This document shows, one piece after another, positions 27,127 through 37,100 of a DNA stretch of 64,000 nt. The DNA comes from an uncultured Christensenella sp. (GTDB lineage Bacteria > Bacillota > Clostridia > Christensenellales > UBA3700). The stretch is from assembly GCA_910583735.1 (NCBI GenBank), contig CAJTXS010000001.1:80402-144401 (forward strand), in the 5' to 3' direction. Numbering within the stretch: position 1 is the first letter of the stretch; every line of letters starts with the position of its first letter. Both the position numbers and the translations under genes were made by a program. The notes beneath the pieces are model-generated. The model saw only the letters and a program-made list of their open reading frames with translations. It had not been told where the DNA came from and ran no database searches.

Positions 27127-28897
27127 TGACGTCATCCTCCTTTCCGTTGATCTGCGCGTCATAGATTTCTTTATATATTCCGCCTTTGCTCATCAGCTCG
27201 GCGTGACTGCCCATCTCCGCAATTCCGCCGCCTTGCATGACGATTATCTTGTCCGCATCCTGTACCGAAGATACACGCTGGGCAATTATTATCTTGGTCG
27301 TCCCGGGTATATTATCCGATAACGCTTTACGTATCTGCGCGTCGGTCTTGGTATCGACTGCGGATGTGGAATCGTCGAATATTATTATCTTAGGATTCTT
27401 AAGGAGCGCTCGCGCAATGCACAGACGCTGCTTTTGACCGCCCGATACGTTGGTGCCGCCTTGCTCGATGTATGTGTCGTAGCCGTCGGGGAACGACTCT
27501 ATAAAAGGCGCCGCCTGAGCTTGGACGCAAGCGTCCTTTATCTCTTCCAATGTGGCGTCGGGATTGCCCCAACGCATATTTTCTGTAATTGTGCCGCTGA
27601 AGAGCGTATTTTTCTGTAGCACCATAGCTACGCTGTTGCGCAGCGCGTCGAGATCGTACTTCCTTACGTCAATACCGCCTACTTCTACGCTGCCTTTGCT
27701 TGCGTCGTATAGTCTTGGTATCAACTGGACAAGCGTTGTCTTGGACGAACCGGTGCCTCCCAGTATGCCTATTGTAGAGCCCGACGGAATGTGCAGCCGA
27801 ATATCGGTAAGACAGTATTTGCCTGACTCGTCCTTGTAGCTGAATGACACGTCGTTGAAGCTGATCGAGCCGTCCTTTACTTCGGTTATTGCATTGTCGG
27901 GATTGTGCAGAGAGCTTTCTTCGTTGAGTACCTCCGCTATGCGGTTGCCGCTTGTGACGGACATTGATATGATTACGAGCACTATGGCGAGCATCATGAG
28001 ACTTTGCAATATCATGAAAGCATACGATATCAAGTTCATCAATTTGCCCGTATCCATAGAGCCGAACCAATACGTACCGTCGATTCCGCCGAGTGACTTG
28101 ACTGTGATAATGCCTCCGAGCACCGCTACGAGTATCATTATTATGTATATAGAGAACTGCATTACCGGAGAGCATATCGCAAGGAGTTTTTCGGCGCGCG
28201 TAAAGTCATCCTTGATATCGTCGGACGCGGCTACGAATTTCTTTTGCTCGTAATCCTCGCGCACATACGCCTTGACAACTCGCGCTCCGCGCACGTTTTC
28301 CTGTACGCTCTCGTTCAGTTTGTCGTATTTCTTGAATACTTTTATGAATATAGGTCTGACTTTCAGCCCTATTAAGGCTAAAGTCAATCCGACAATCGGT
28401 ATAGCCACCAGGAATATCAGCGCCAGATACACGTTGACGAAGAAGGACATTACAAGAGAAAATACCAACATCAGAGGCGTACGCACAGCTATGCGTATGA
28501 TCATCATGTAGGACATCTGTACGTTGGTGACGTCCGTCGTCATCCTTGTAACCAATGATGAGGTCGAGAACTTATCAATATTGGCGAAGGAAAAGCCCTG
28601 TATCTTATAAAACATATCCTGTCTTAGATTTTTGGCAAAGCCTGCCGATGCCGTGGCGCAATATTTGCCCGACAGTATGCCCATTACAAGAGATATCGAT
28701 GCCATGCCGATCAATATAGCGCCGTAGATGACTACGGTGGTTATCTTCATCGGATTGGTCCTTTCCATATAATTAATCAGATCCGCCATAACAAACGGTA
28801 TTAAAACTTCAAGTATAACCTCGATAGATACCGTAATCGGAGTGATTATACTTGCCCGTTTATAGTTGCGTATACTTTTAGCCAGCGTTTTTATCAT
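27119..28897 (-). CDS. ABC exporter, fused TMD-NBD half-transporter (ABCB/multidrug type), subunit 1
   Basis: Walker A GGTGSSKTT, signature VSGGQKQRLCIARA, Walker B IIFDDSTSAVD. It is paired with the downstream half-transporter, suggesting a heterodimer in the style of BmrCD/LmrCD. Confidence 0.9.
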   Translation of the reverse strand: MIKTLAKSIRNYKRASIITPITVSIEVILEVLIPFVMADLINYMERTNPMKITTVVIYGAILIGMASISLVMGILSGKYCATASAGFAKNLRQDMFYKIQGFSFANIDKFSTSSLVTRMTTDVTNVQMSYMMIIRIAVRTPLMLVFSLVMSFFVNVYLALIFLVAIPIVGLTLALIGLKVRPIFIKVFKKYDKLNESVQENVRGARVVKAYVREDYEQKKFVAASDDIKDDFTRAEKLLAICSPVMQFSIYIIMILVAVLGGIITVKSLGGIDGTYWFGSMDTGKLMNLISYAFMILQSLMMLAIVLVIISMSVTSGNRIAEVLNEESSLHNPDNAITEVKDGSISFNDVSFSYKDESGKYCLTDIRLHIPSGSTIGILGGTGSSKTTLVQLIPRLYDASKGSVEVGGIDVRKYDLDALRNSVAMVLQKNTLFSGTITENMRWGNPDATLEEIKDACVQAQAAPFIESFPDGYDTYIEQGGTNVSGGQKQRLCIARALLKNPKIIIFDDSTSAVDTKTDAQIRKALSDNIPGTTKIIIAQRVSSVQDADKIIVMQGGGIAEMGSHAELMSKGGIYKEIYDAQINGKEDDVNE

Positions 28898-28948
28898 AAA
28901 TTCACCTGTTAAATAAATTATGCGTTGGGACGCGCCCTAATTATAAAT

Positions 28949-29395
28949 TTATTGTTTTTCTATATTATTTTTTATCTTATCCACTATCGCGAAGAAGGTA
29001 TCGAGCTCGTCCCGAGATACGGCGGAGCTCATTGTCTTCTCGATTTTATCGATAGCGGCAAGGTAAGCTGCATTGAGATTGAGGGCCTTATCGGTGAGCA
29101 CCAACTTGCGCAGCCTTGCGTCTTGGGCGACGCTTTCGCGTACTATATAGCCGCTCTTAACCATTGCGTTGATGGTCTGTGTAACGGTAGGGCGTTTGAT
29201 ATTGAATTCGTTCTCGATATCTTTTTGATATACGGACTTGCCGAGTTGCAGTTGATTATGAATATAACCTATTATCCATCCTTGCAGCCTGCTTTGGTAG
29301 CCATCTTCATCCCCCCCCCGAGACGTTAGAGTATTGAACTCCTTATCGATGAGGTTGTTAAGATTGCGTATTTCGTATCCTATTTCGCGTTTCAT
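28949..29395 (-). CDS. MarR-family transcriptional regulator
   Basis: A 148-aa protein with a winged-HTH core (…IKRPTVTQTINAMVKSGYIVRESVAQDARLRKLVLTDKA…). It is the first gene of the marR-ABC-ABC operon. Confidence 0.85.
   Translation of the reverse strand: MKREIGYEIRNLNNLIDKEFNTLTSRGGDEDGYQSRLQGWIIGYIHNQLQLGKSVYQKDIENEFNIKRPTVTQTINAMVKSGYIVRESVAQDARLRKLVLTDKALNLNAAYLAAIDKIEKTMSSAVSRDELDTFFAIVDKIKNNIEKQ
29311..29319 (-). repeat. Homopolymeric G9 (C9 on the plus strand) inside the marR coding sequence
   Basis: Plus strand is ...ttcat ccccccccc gagacg.... On the coding strand this reads ACG TCT CGG GGG GGG GAT (T-S-R-G-G-D, codons 25-30). Confidence 0.95.
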
Positions 29396-29420
29396 GCCGA
29401 TATTATACCGCTATCATTTA

Positions 29421-29434
29421 GTTAGTATGCTAAC
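29421..29434. promoter_or_regulatory. Candidate MarR operator (imperfect palindrome)
   Basis: GTTAGTATGCTAAC has 5-bp arms GTTAG/CTAAC around TATG. It abuts the -10 element and covers the predicted TSS of marR. Confidence 0.45.
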
Positions 29435-29463
29435 ATTATATATATCTTATCTTATAGAGTCAA
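29435..29463 (-). promoter_or_regulatory. Sigma-70-type promoter of the marR-ABC operon
   Basis: The minus strand reads TTGACT (29463-29458), a 17-nt spacer, then TATAAT (29440-29435). Confidence 0.65.
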
Positions 29464-29545
29464 GTTTCGTATAGGATAATATTGTAAAATGAGTGTAAAA
29501 GTAAGAGAGCGGCTCATCGCCGCTCCCTATTATAATATCTATTCG

Positions 29546-29770
29546 TTATCTTGCAAGTAATTTCAAGTCGTTAGTAAAGAGAATGGTAATCAAGTCTATT
29601 ACATAGAATATAGGCGCAAGAATCAGGTTGAGCACCGCGCCCAAATAATTGCGACGCATAGCTCTGATCACGATACCCAATATAATATTGGTTACAGGTA
29701 TGATAGCCATTATAAGATTGAGTATCCACGCCATTCCGAAGTAGCCTTTTTCATTTACGTTATGATCCAT
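29546..29770 (-). CDS. Small two-TM membrane protein (74 aa)
   Basis: The start was trimmed to ATG 29770-29768, 10 nt after an AAAGGAGG SD. It has two hydrophobic helices (GMAWILNLIMAIIPVTNIILGIVI; GAVLNLILAPIFYVIDLITILF). Family not recognised. Confidence 0.6.
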   Translation of the reverse strand: MDHNVNEKGYFGMAWILNLIMAIIPVTNIILGIVIRAMRRNYLGAVLNLILAPIFYVIDLITILFTNDLKLLAR

Positions 29771-29968
29771 TAACGATATACCTCCTTTGGTGTACATAGT
29801 ATATTTCAATTATTGATTTCTAAACATATATACTCATTTTATCCATATTATTTGCCGGCGGTGTGACGTCTTTAATGTTAATAAATATTAATACATAATA
29901 TATTTTAACCGAATTATGCGACTTCGTAATATTTATGGATAGGTGAAGAATATTTGCGACTTATTAAT

Positions 29969-29985
29969 TGTATATTATGTGCACT
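29969..29985 (+). repeat. 17-bp direct repeat, copy 1
   Basis: TGTATATTATGTGCACT, identical to the sequence at 30046-30062. Confidence 0.9.
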
Positions 29986-30045
29986 ATCGACGTATAAATG
30001 GTAATTTTTGGCAATTATTAAAGACAGTATCTTGCATTAAATAAA

Positions 30046-30062
30046 TGTATATTATGTGCACT
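30046..30062 (+). repeat. 17-bp direct repeat, copy 2
   Basis: TGTATATTATGTGCACT, 77 bp (start to start) from copy 1. It contains the GTGCAC palindrome. Confidence 0.9.
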
Positions 30063-30945
30063 TTATACGGGGGCGGGATTGATTTCAATATTATGCCGTA
30101 TAATATTGCCTTGATTTATATTGGCGAATATGTCTATCCGAATTTTTGTCCGCGCCATATTATACATATTTAGGCGCAGCCCCAAGAGTTGCGGTTGATC
30201 TATGTACTGCTTTGTTATAATAGGTTTCAAGACGGTAGCAGCCGCATGTCTGTATACAGGTTTAGTTGCTGCCAAAGAGCAAGAAGGCGATAGCATAATT
30301 GCAATTTTTTAAGACGTATATTGCAACAATCCGCGCTTACATACCCCGTATATCGTTTGGTTATTTTATCGAGTGCAACTGTACCGCGTCGGATTCGTGC
30401 ATATTGCGAAATTTTTTGTCGCGCGTATGCCGGGTTCGATTCGTATTGCCCAAGTGGCGATGGCTCCTACGATACGGCAACTGTTTTTTCGATTGTATAT
30501 GCGGGTGATACGGAGTGCAATGCGCTATTTTACAATGGGCGTGCTTGGAGCTGTGCGAGCCCTCGTATATATATCGCCGATTATCTGTCGCGACGTTAAA
30601 ATAAAGTAATTAAGCGGGATATTAAAGAGCTTTTTGCAATAAAAAAACTATAAAATTATTTAATTTATGTGAAAGTTATGAATATTTTGCTGTCTGCATT
30701 GATTACTCACAATTTTGAAAAAAATTGGAAAAATTTACTGCATTTAAGAATTTATACTTCTAAAATGTGATAACAAATTAGATTTTACATAATTTTTACA
30801 TTTGTATTTGCATTTATTTTGCAATGAAAATCACTTTATTTTGTCTCTTGAAATTTCTTAAAATATGTCGATATGGAAGCAAATGTAAATGAAATAGGTG
30901 TCTATTAAGAAGTATTGTGGCTATTTTTCAAATGTAACCGCGGTA

Positions 30946-30974
30946 TTGACAATGCGGGCGCATATTATTATAAT
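30946..30974 (+). promoter_or_regulatory. Perfect consensus sigma-70-type promoter of the giant lipoprotein gene
   Basis: TTGACA (30946-30951), spacer atgcgggcgcatattat (17 nt), then TATAAT (30969-30974). ATG 31026 lies 52 nt downstream of the -10 element. Confidence 0.75.
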
Positions 30975-31025
30975 AATCTAAAACAGGCACGACCTGATTG
31001 CTTACATCGTAAGGGAGAGAAGATT

Positions 31026-31115
31026 ATGGGAAGCAAGAAAGGCAAATTCTTAGCGTTGGCGATTGTGATCGTTATGCTGGTAGCGCTTAGCGGGGCATTG
31101 ATATTGTCCGCATGC
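31026..31115 (+). other. Sec/SPase-II lipoprotein signal peptide of the giant protein
   Basis: The n-region is KKGK, followed by a 20-residue hydrophobic core and lipobox L-S-A-C, with the Cys codon at 31113-31115. Confidence 0.75.
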
Positions 31116-34100
31116 GATTCCGGTGTGACGGTTATTTTCGATGCCGGCGCGGGTACTTTCGAGAGCGGCAACAGCATAATGACGCTTAACAACGTTGCTC
31201 CGGGTACCGTTATTAATCTCAAGGATTACAATCCTAAGAACGGAGGGCAGAAATTCGTCGGTTGGGACGACGAGTCTCTCATGTCGTATACGGACGAATA
31301 TACGATTCCTTCCGACGCCAAAGGAGTCATTAAACTGACTGCTAAGTGGAGAGCGGGTAATTCCGGGGGCGGTTCCGGCGTATTGTCACCGCTATTCTCT
31401 GTGCTTAACAGTATCTCCAAGGGCGACAAGATTAATACTCATATCAAGGGTTCGGGTATTTCCGGCGGTAAAGAGTACGGTCTTGAATACATATCCAACA
31501 TAAGTCGCGGTCTGGGCAATAATGCGTTGGATTACGATTTGGGCTTCCAACTCACCGAAGACGGAACGCCCAAGCTCGGCATATATATCGTTGATATTCA
31601 AGGTGCTGCCGGCGGTCTGTTCATAGACACCAAGCCTTCCGATCCCGATTCCAAGCCCATATATATCGAAGATTTCAATATGGATTATCTCCTCAGCGTC
31701 GCTGAGAAGCTTCCTTCTTTCTTGCAAGAGTTGCTTAATTCCCAGTCCTTGGTGAGCGGTATTATAGACGGCGTAGTTCTCTCCATGTTTATGTCTGTCA
31801 ATACCACTACGAGCGGCAGCGTTACCAACTATGACATTACTATCTCTCCTCTCAAGTTGGTCAACGGACTTACGAGCCTGTTGGAGAATCCTCTTATAGC
31901 AGGCGTTGTCGGCGGATTCCTCAGCAGTATAGACCTCAATCCCTTGCTTACATGGCTTAAGGATAATGTCCCCGATGTGGACTTTATCGTCAGAGCGGGC
32001 GTTAATTCCGCAGGTCAGCTCGCAGGAAATATCGAGCTCGACCTTATCGACAATTCGGTAGGCGAATCCACCTTTACATTTAACACGGCGCAGCTTACGC
32101 ACGGCACATATGACAGCGAGACTCTTTCGCTTGTACCCGATAAGGTAAATAATTATGTGGCTTGGTCTTTGGGAAATATTAAGCTTTCCGCCAATTTGGA
32201 CCTCAGCACAGCGGGCAACAACGTAGACGTAGGCGCTCTGATCAATACATTTGTCCCCGGGACGCTTCCTCAGGGGCTGATATTGCTCGACGCCAACCTC
32301 GGATACCGTCTCGATGCCATTATCGATATAGATATCAAGCAAGCCAATCCTGCCGAAGATAAGAATCTTATCGCAATCGAACTGTATGAGAAGGGTAAAT
32401 ACGGCTCCGAGAATGCGATATTGGGAGTATATTACAGGAACGGCTCGCTGTATATTAACATAGGCAACATACTCAATAAATTGCCTTCCGCAAGCGGCAA
32501 CGGAGAAGTCGCCAAGTTGTGGAGCGGCAAGGGCATAAAGATAAGCGGACTCAACCTTAACGAATTGGTCGGCGCTATTAAGCAGCGCGCCGTCTCGGAG
32601 ATCGATAAGCTGTTCGGCACCGATCACGGCAAGATAGAGCAGTCCGGTATGGAGAGCACGCTTAAGATGCTCACTCAGCACGATTCCGTAATGGCTTTGT
32701 CCGTGGACGAAGAGGGCGAGACATATATCTCTCCCGGCTGGGGCAACTTCATCTCCATGCTGTTTAAGGTATTGAAAATCGACGGTGAATACGTCGATGT
32801 GACCAACACTGCGGACGGCGGAGAGCTTGCGCTGACCATCAATAACAATCTTATCGATTCCATAATGGCTGCGCTTAAGGGGCTTATCCCCAATTTCGGC
32901 GGTATAGATCTGCCCGATATCGGAGAAGGCAAGCTATTTATAAAGGTAAATAAATACGGACTGGAATCTATAGGTATAGATCATACTATAGGCGGTATCA
33001 ACCTCGGCTTGAGTTTGAGCGACTTCTTGCTCTTGCAGCCCATAATGTTCGGCGACGATGACGCGCAGCAAGATTTCGCATCTTACATCGATTCTTGCGT
33101 GGGCGACGAGTCGGGATATACTACGAGCATCAATGAGTTGATTAACGAGGTGCTCTACGGCGGTATTAAGGGCAGCATCAATCTCGATCTGTCGTTCAGC
33201 GGCGGAGAGTACAATTTGTCCGAGCTTCTGTCAATGTTCGGACTGTCGCTCGGCGATATTAAGATAAAGATAGACAATCCGAATGCCAAGATAGCTCTCG
33301 GACTGGATTTCGGTCTCTATATCGATGAGAATAATCCCGACAGAGACAGCGCGCTCTATCTCGAGCTCGTTGCAAGAGAGCCCGTATATCTGGAGAATCC
33401 CGACGGCGGAACGGCGCTTATCAATGAAGGTATTATATTAGGTATATATTTATATAAAGATGCCATCTATCTCGATGCGTCCAATCTCAAGATACTTAAT
33501 CTGGAGATGCCTATCTATAAACTTGATAATGTGGGTGCAGGCTCCGCTATAGAGGCGTTGCTCGCGCAGCTTCCCAATCTCGATCTCAACCTCGACCTCA
33601 GCGGCGTTATCGAGTCCATTAAGGGCAATCCCAATGCCGGGGAAGGCGAGGCTGAAGCGGCTGCGGCGCTTGCGGAGCTCACCAAGGATAGCGGCGGAGT
33701 GCTTTCCACTTCGCAGGTTATGTCCAACTCCGGCGCCATAGCGCTCTATCTCGGCAGCGACGCGATTAAGCTCTCTGCGACGGTAGGCGCAATATTCACA
33801 TTGCTCAGCACCTTCAATGTCAATCTCGGCTTCGATATCAACGACTATATACAGGGCGAGATTCCGCTGGAGATAGAATATAGAGACGGCAAGCTGTCGC
33901 TTAAAGTCACAGCCAATCTGCTATCTACGGTAGACGGTAAAGACAGCAACCTTACTCTTGCTCTCGGCATAGATCTTGCAGATGTCAATATCGCGGGATG
34001 CAAGCAGGAGATTAAGGAGCGAGTCGACAACGTAGGCTCCGATTATATCAATCAAGAGCTCGACGACTATGTCATCAAGGGCTTGCTTAACGCCGTACTC

Positions 34101-37100
34101 GATACTCAGATTTCTATCAATATAATGCTCAAGCAGGGCAGACTCGACGTGCTTAAACTGGTCGATTACTTGCTCACCACGCTCAAGGTCAGCGTAAGCC
34201 TGTCCGATTTGGATTTGGACGGTAGCATAGGTACCGATTCGCTCGAGGCTACGCTTAATATTAAGCTCGCTATGTCCAATTCCGACAATCCTATTATGGG
34301 TATAGAGCTGATTGCGGGCGAGACGGGCAGCGCGGGTGTGTTGTTCAGTCTGTACTTGGATAAGAACAATGCCTATATCGACCTCAATGTACTCGGACTC
34401 GGCAAGTATAAGGTCAGCAATACCGGACTTATGGGTATGCTTACCGACTTGCTCGACGGATTTAGCGAGAGCGTAAGTCTCAAGGGCTTGCTCAACCTCG
34501 ACAGCTTGCTCGACGTAAGCAAGACTATCGCGCTTAAGGCCATCACTTCCGTCAATGCGGGCACTACCGTGGTATGGAACAGATACGGTCAAGCAAACGA
34601 TATATATTACAATGTATACGGCGTTACGCCCGGCGTAAACGGCGCTGCCGATACTGTAGAGGCAATCGCTATGGGCGTAACTCATAACGATGCGTCTATA
34701 TTCGTCGACGGAAAGTTCATGATTGTCGACGCGGACAACAGATACGGATATTACAGAGTAGACGTATGCACGCTTAAGAACGGCAACGAGAAGGTAATCG
34801 TCTCGGCTACTGCGTCTGCAGAAGACTTCGATTATGGCGCGAAGGCTGAGTATAGTAAAGATATCAAGTCTACCGATATATCTTGGAACGTATATAACGG
34901 CAAGTATAAGTACGCCGTAACGCAGATAGGTTCCGACGGACAGAGCAGAGACGTCGATATATCTTCTGCCGTCATCGAAGGCGGAGTATTCAAATTTACC
35001 GCAGACGCTACGGGAGTAGTATCTTATAAGGTAAGAGTATTCATCCCTGGCGAGGATATCACCGTAGATGAATTTACATTCGCAGTAACTAAGGTGGATT
35101 CCGACAAGCCTCAAGAACCCGCAGCTATAGACGTTGCAATCAACGATATCGCAAGGTCCGTATCTTGGAGCGGCGTAGAGGGCGCATCTTACTACGAAGT
35201 ATCCTTGGCGATTGCGGGAGCTGCAGCCGCGGAGTGGACTACTAAAGTATCCGCGGGCGGCAATCTTACAACCAAGTGGTATAACGAGTACAAAAATTAC
35301 TCGATTACAGTCGTCGCTTACGATAAGGACGGCAATAAGATCACCGAAGGCGCATCGAGCACAAGCTATAACATAATCGACGCGTTGCTCTCCGGACTTA
35401 CTATCAACAACGGTATAATCGGACTGGAGATCACGGGCAAAGTATTCGGCGACATACTTGCCAATCTGATAGGCGAGAATTACAGGATTGAGATACTCGA
35501 CGTTGCGCTCAGAGATGTCAATATCTTCACGGGAACGGCGGATCTCGAGTTGAATATCTACGATTCTATAGGTCCCGACGCAGGCAAGATAACCGTGAGC
35601 GCGGGCATAGCCATATCTCCTACAGATGTGGACGCGCTTGCTGCCGATGTTGAAGCGATGAATGCGGAGGGCTCGGGATACTCCGAGATAGACTTCGCTT
35701 TCGGCGGCAATGTCGTCAAGGGTATATGGGATCTCTTCGACGAGGGCGTAATGCTCGGTATGGACCTCGAGATAAAGTTCGCTAAGGGAAGTTACAATCT
35801 CAGCAAGTTGTTCGCTATGTTCGGTGATAATCTGGCAAGCATGCTCGAGAACGGTCCCGTATGGACCTTCGAGGCGGATACATCCGTCAAGCTCGAGCTT
35901 AAGCTCGGTATTATACTCGACGACATTTCCAAGCTGAGCGAGGAGGCGCGTAAGAAACTTCCTCAGGGTATGCTCAAGGCTCCTCAGATAATGTTGAGCA
36001 TAGGATTCCCTCAAGGACTCGTACTCGGCAACGACGTTGCGATCAAGCCTAATTCCTCTATAGACGTATTCCTCAATTACGAAGGCTTGTCGATAGATTT
36101 GTCCGGTATCAGCATACTCGGATTGACTTTACCTAAGTACAGAGCGGAAGGGTTCGACTTCTTCGGCTTCCTTAACGGATACCTGCTCAAGCTCGAGCAG
36201 ATGATAGGCGCTCAGTACAATCCCGACGGATTGGTTATAGACGCCGCTAATTCCTCCGTGATTACATCGGGCGATACATCCGCTCTCAATCTCAAGTGGA
36301 AGAGCTATGTGGGCGCAGAGGGATACAGCTATGTAGTCAATAAGGCGGGCGCGGAATCTTCCGAAGAGGTAAAGCTCGGTAAGGATGCGACATCCGCTAC
36401 CATCGACGTCACAGGATTGAAAGACGGCGACAATGTTACCTTAAATGTGCTCGACACTATGGGCAACGCGTATGCAAGCGCAATTTATTACGCTAAGATA
36501 GTGGACGGCGAGCTAACTTTCGAGCTCAACGTAGGTCAAGCGCGCATGGCAAGAGCACAGGGCGACGACGTATCCTTGATGATAACTAAGGATAAGTTGA
36601 GCCTTATGATTACATCGCAGGCGTTGCTGTCGATAATCAAACTCGTATACGGCGATAAAATCGATATCGATTTGCCCGACCTCGATTTGACGATATTCGG
36701 AGAGATAGGCAATATCGACGGAGTTACCGGAATACTTCTGAAGGTCGTAGGCGACTTGATTAAGCCCGAGGGCTATGTCGGCACCGATCCTACGTTGGAG
36801 ATGTCTCTCAAGCTCTATTTCGACTCGGGCGAAGCGGTCAAAAACCTCAATATAGGCGATAAGTACGCCGCATTCATAGCAGCTGCGGACAATGCGGGCA
36901 GCAAGTTGATATCCGGCTTGCTCGACTCCCTGTTCAATACTTCGTTCAGCCTGTATATAGATTTGGCGGCGGAGCAGGGCTTCGATATAATCGACGTGCT
37001 CAATATGTTTATCGGCGACAAGATAGATCTGTCGACGCTTAACTTGGATACTATCGTCAACAACAATAGCGGTAACAAGCTGTTGGAACTCAAGCTTACT

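Noticed and set aside
27127-27162. A longer N-terminus (MTRRSTERRMTS) for the second ABC half-transporter.
   Set aside because: The AAGGAGG SD sits at 27144-27138, which leaves 9 nt to ATG 27126 but none to ATG 27135. The earlier ATG at 27162 lies upstream of the SD, inside the preceding gene.
25219-28897. The idea that the adjacent ABC pair is a dedicated (type I-like) exporter for the giant proteins.
   Set aside because: Both giant proteins have N-terminal Sec-type signals. The ABC proteins are ordinary ABCB-type TMD-NBD half-transporters with no C39 peptidase domain. No membrane-fusion or outer-membrane partner is present. They are divergently oriented under their own MarR repressor. A drug or lipid efflux role is much more likely.
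29969-30062. The 17-bp repeats as a mini CRISPR array or att sites.
   Set aside because: There are only two copies, no cas genes, and no similarity to the tRNA-Ala 3' end. They are kept only as a possible regulator-binding pair.
30063-30609. Short ORFs (77, 69, 92 and 78 aa) in the GC-richer block upstream of the giant gene.
   Set aside because: They overlap one another in several frames, lack SDs, and have Cys/Arg/Tyr-rich non-protein-like compositions. None looks real, and whether the block is a decayed gene or an RNA is unresolved.
30932-31007. An invertible (fim-like) promoter switch for the giant gene, considered because an integrase is nearby.
   Set aside because: The only inverted sequences bracketing the promoter are the 6-bp ATGTAA (30932) and TTACAT (31002). 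That is chance level in this AT-rich DNA, and the recombinase is 7 kb away next to a tRNA.
30915-31025. The ORF-track N-terminal extension of the giant ORF (TTG start, MWLFFKCNRGIDNAGAYYYNN...).
   Set aside because: The perfect promoter (30946-30974) lies inside it, it has no SD, and the extension is not signal-like. ATG 31026 has an SD and a canonical lipoprotein signal.
30601-31025. A c-di-GMP or other riboswitch in front of the adhesin-like giant gene.
   Set aside because: The predicted promoter leaves a 5' UTR of only about 45 nt. I could not find GEMM-like conserved strings (for example, ACGCAAAGC or GGCAAACC) in the upstream kilobase. A covariance-model scan would be needed to exclude it formally.
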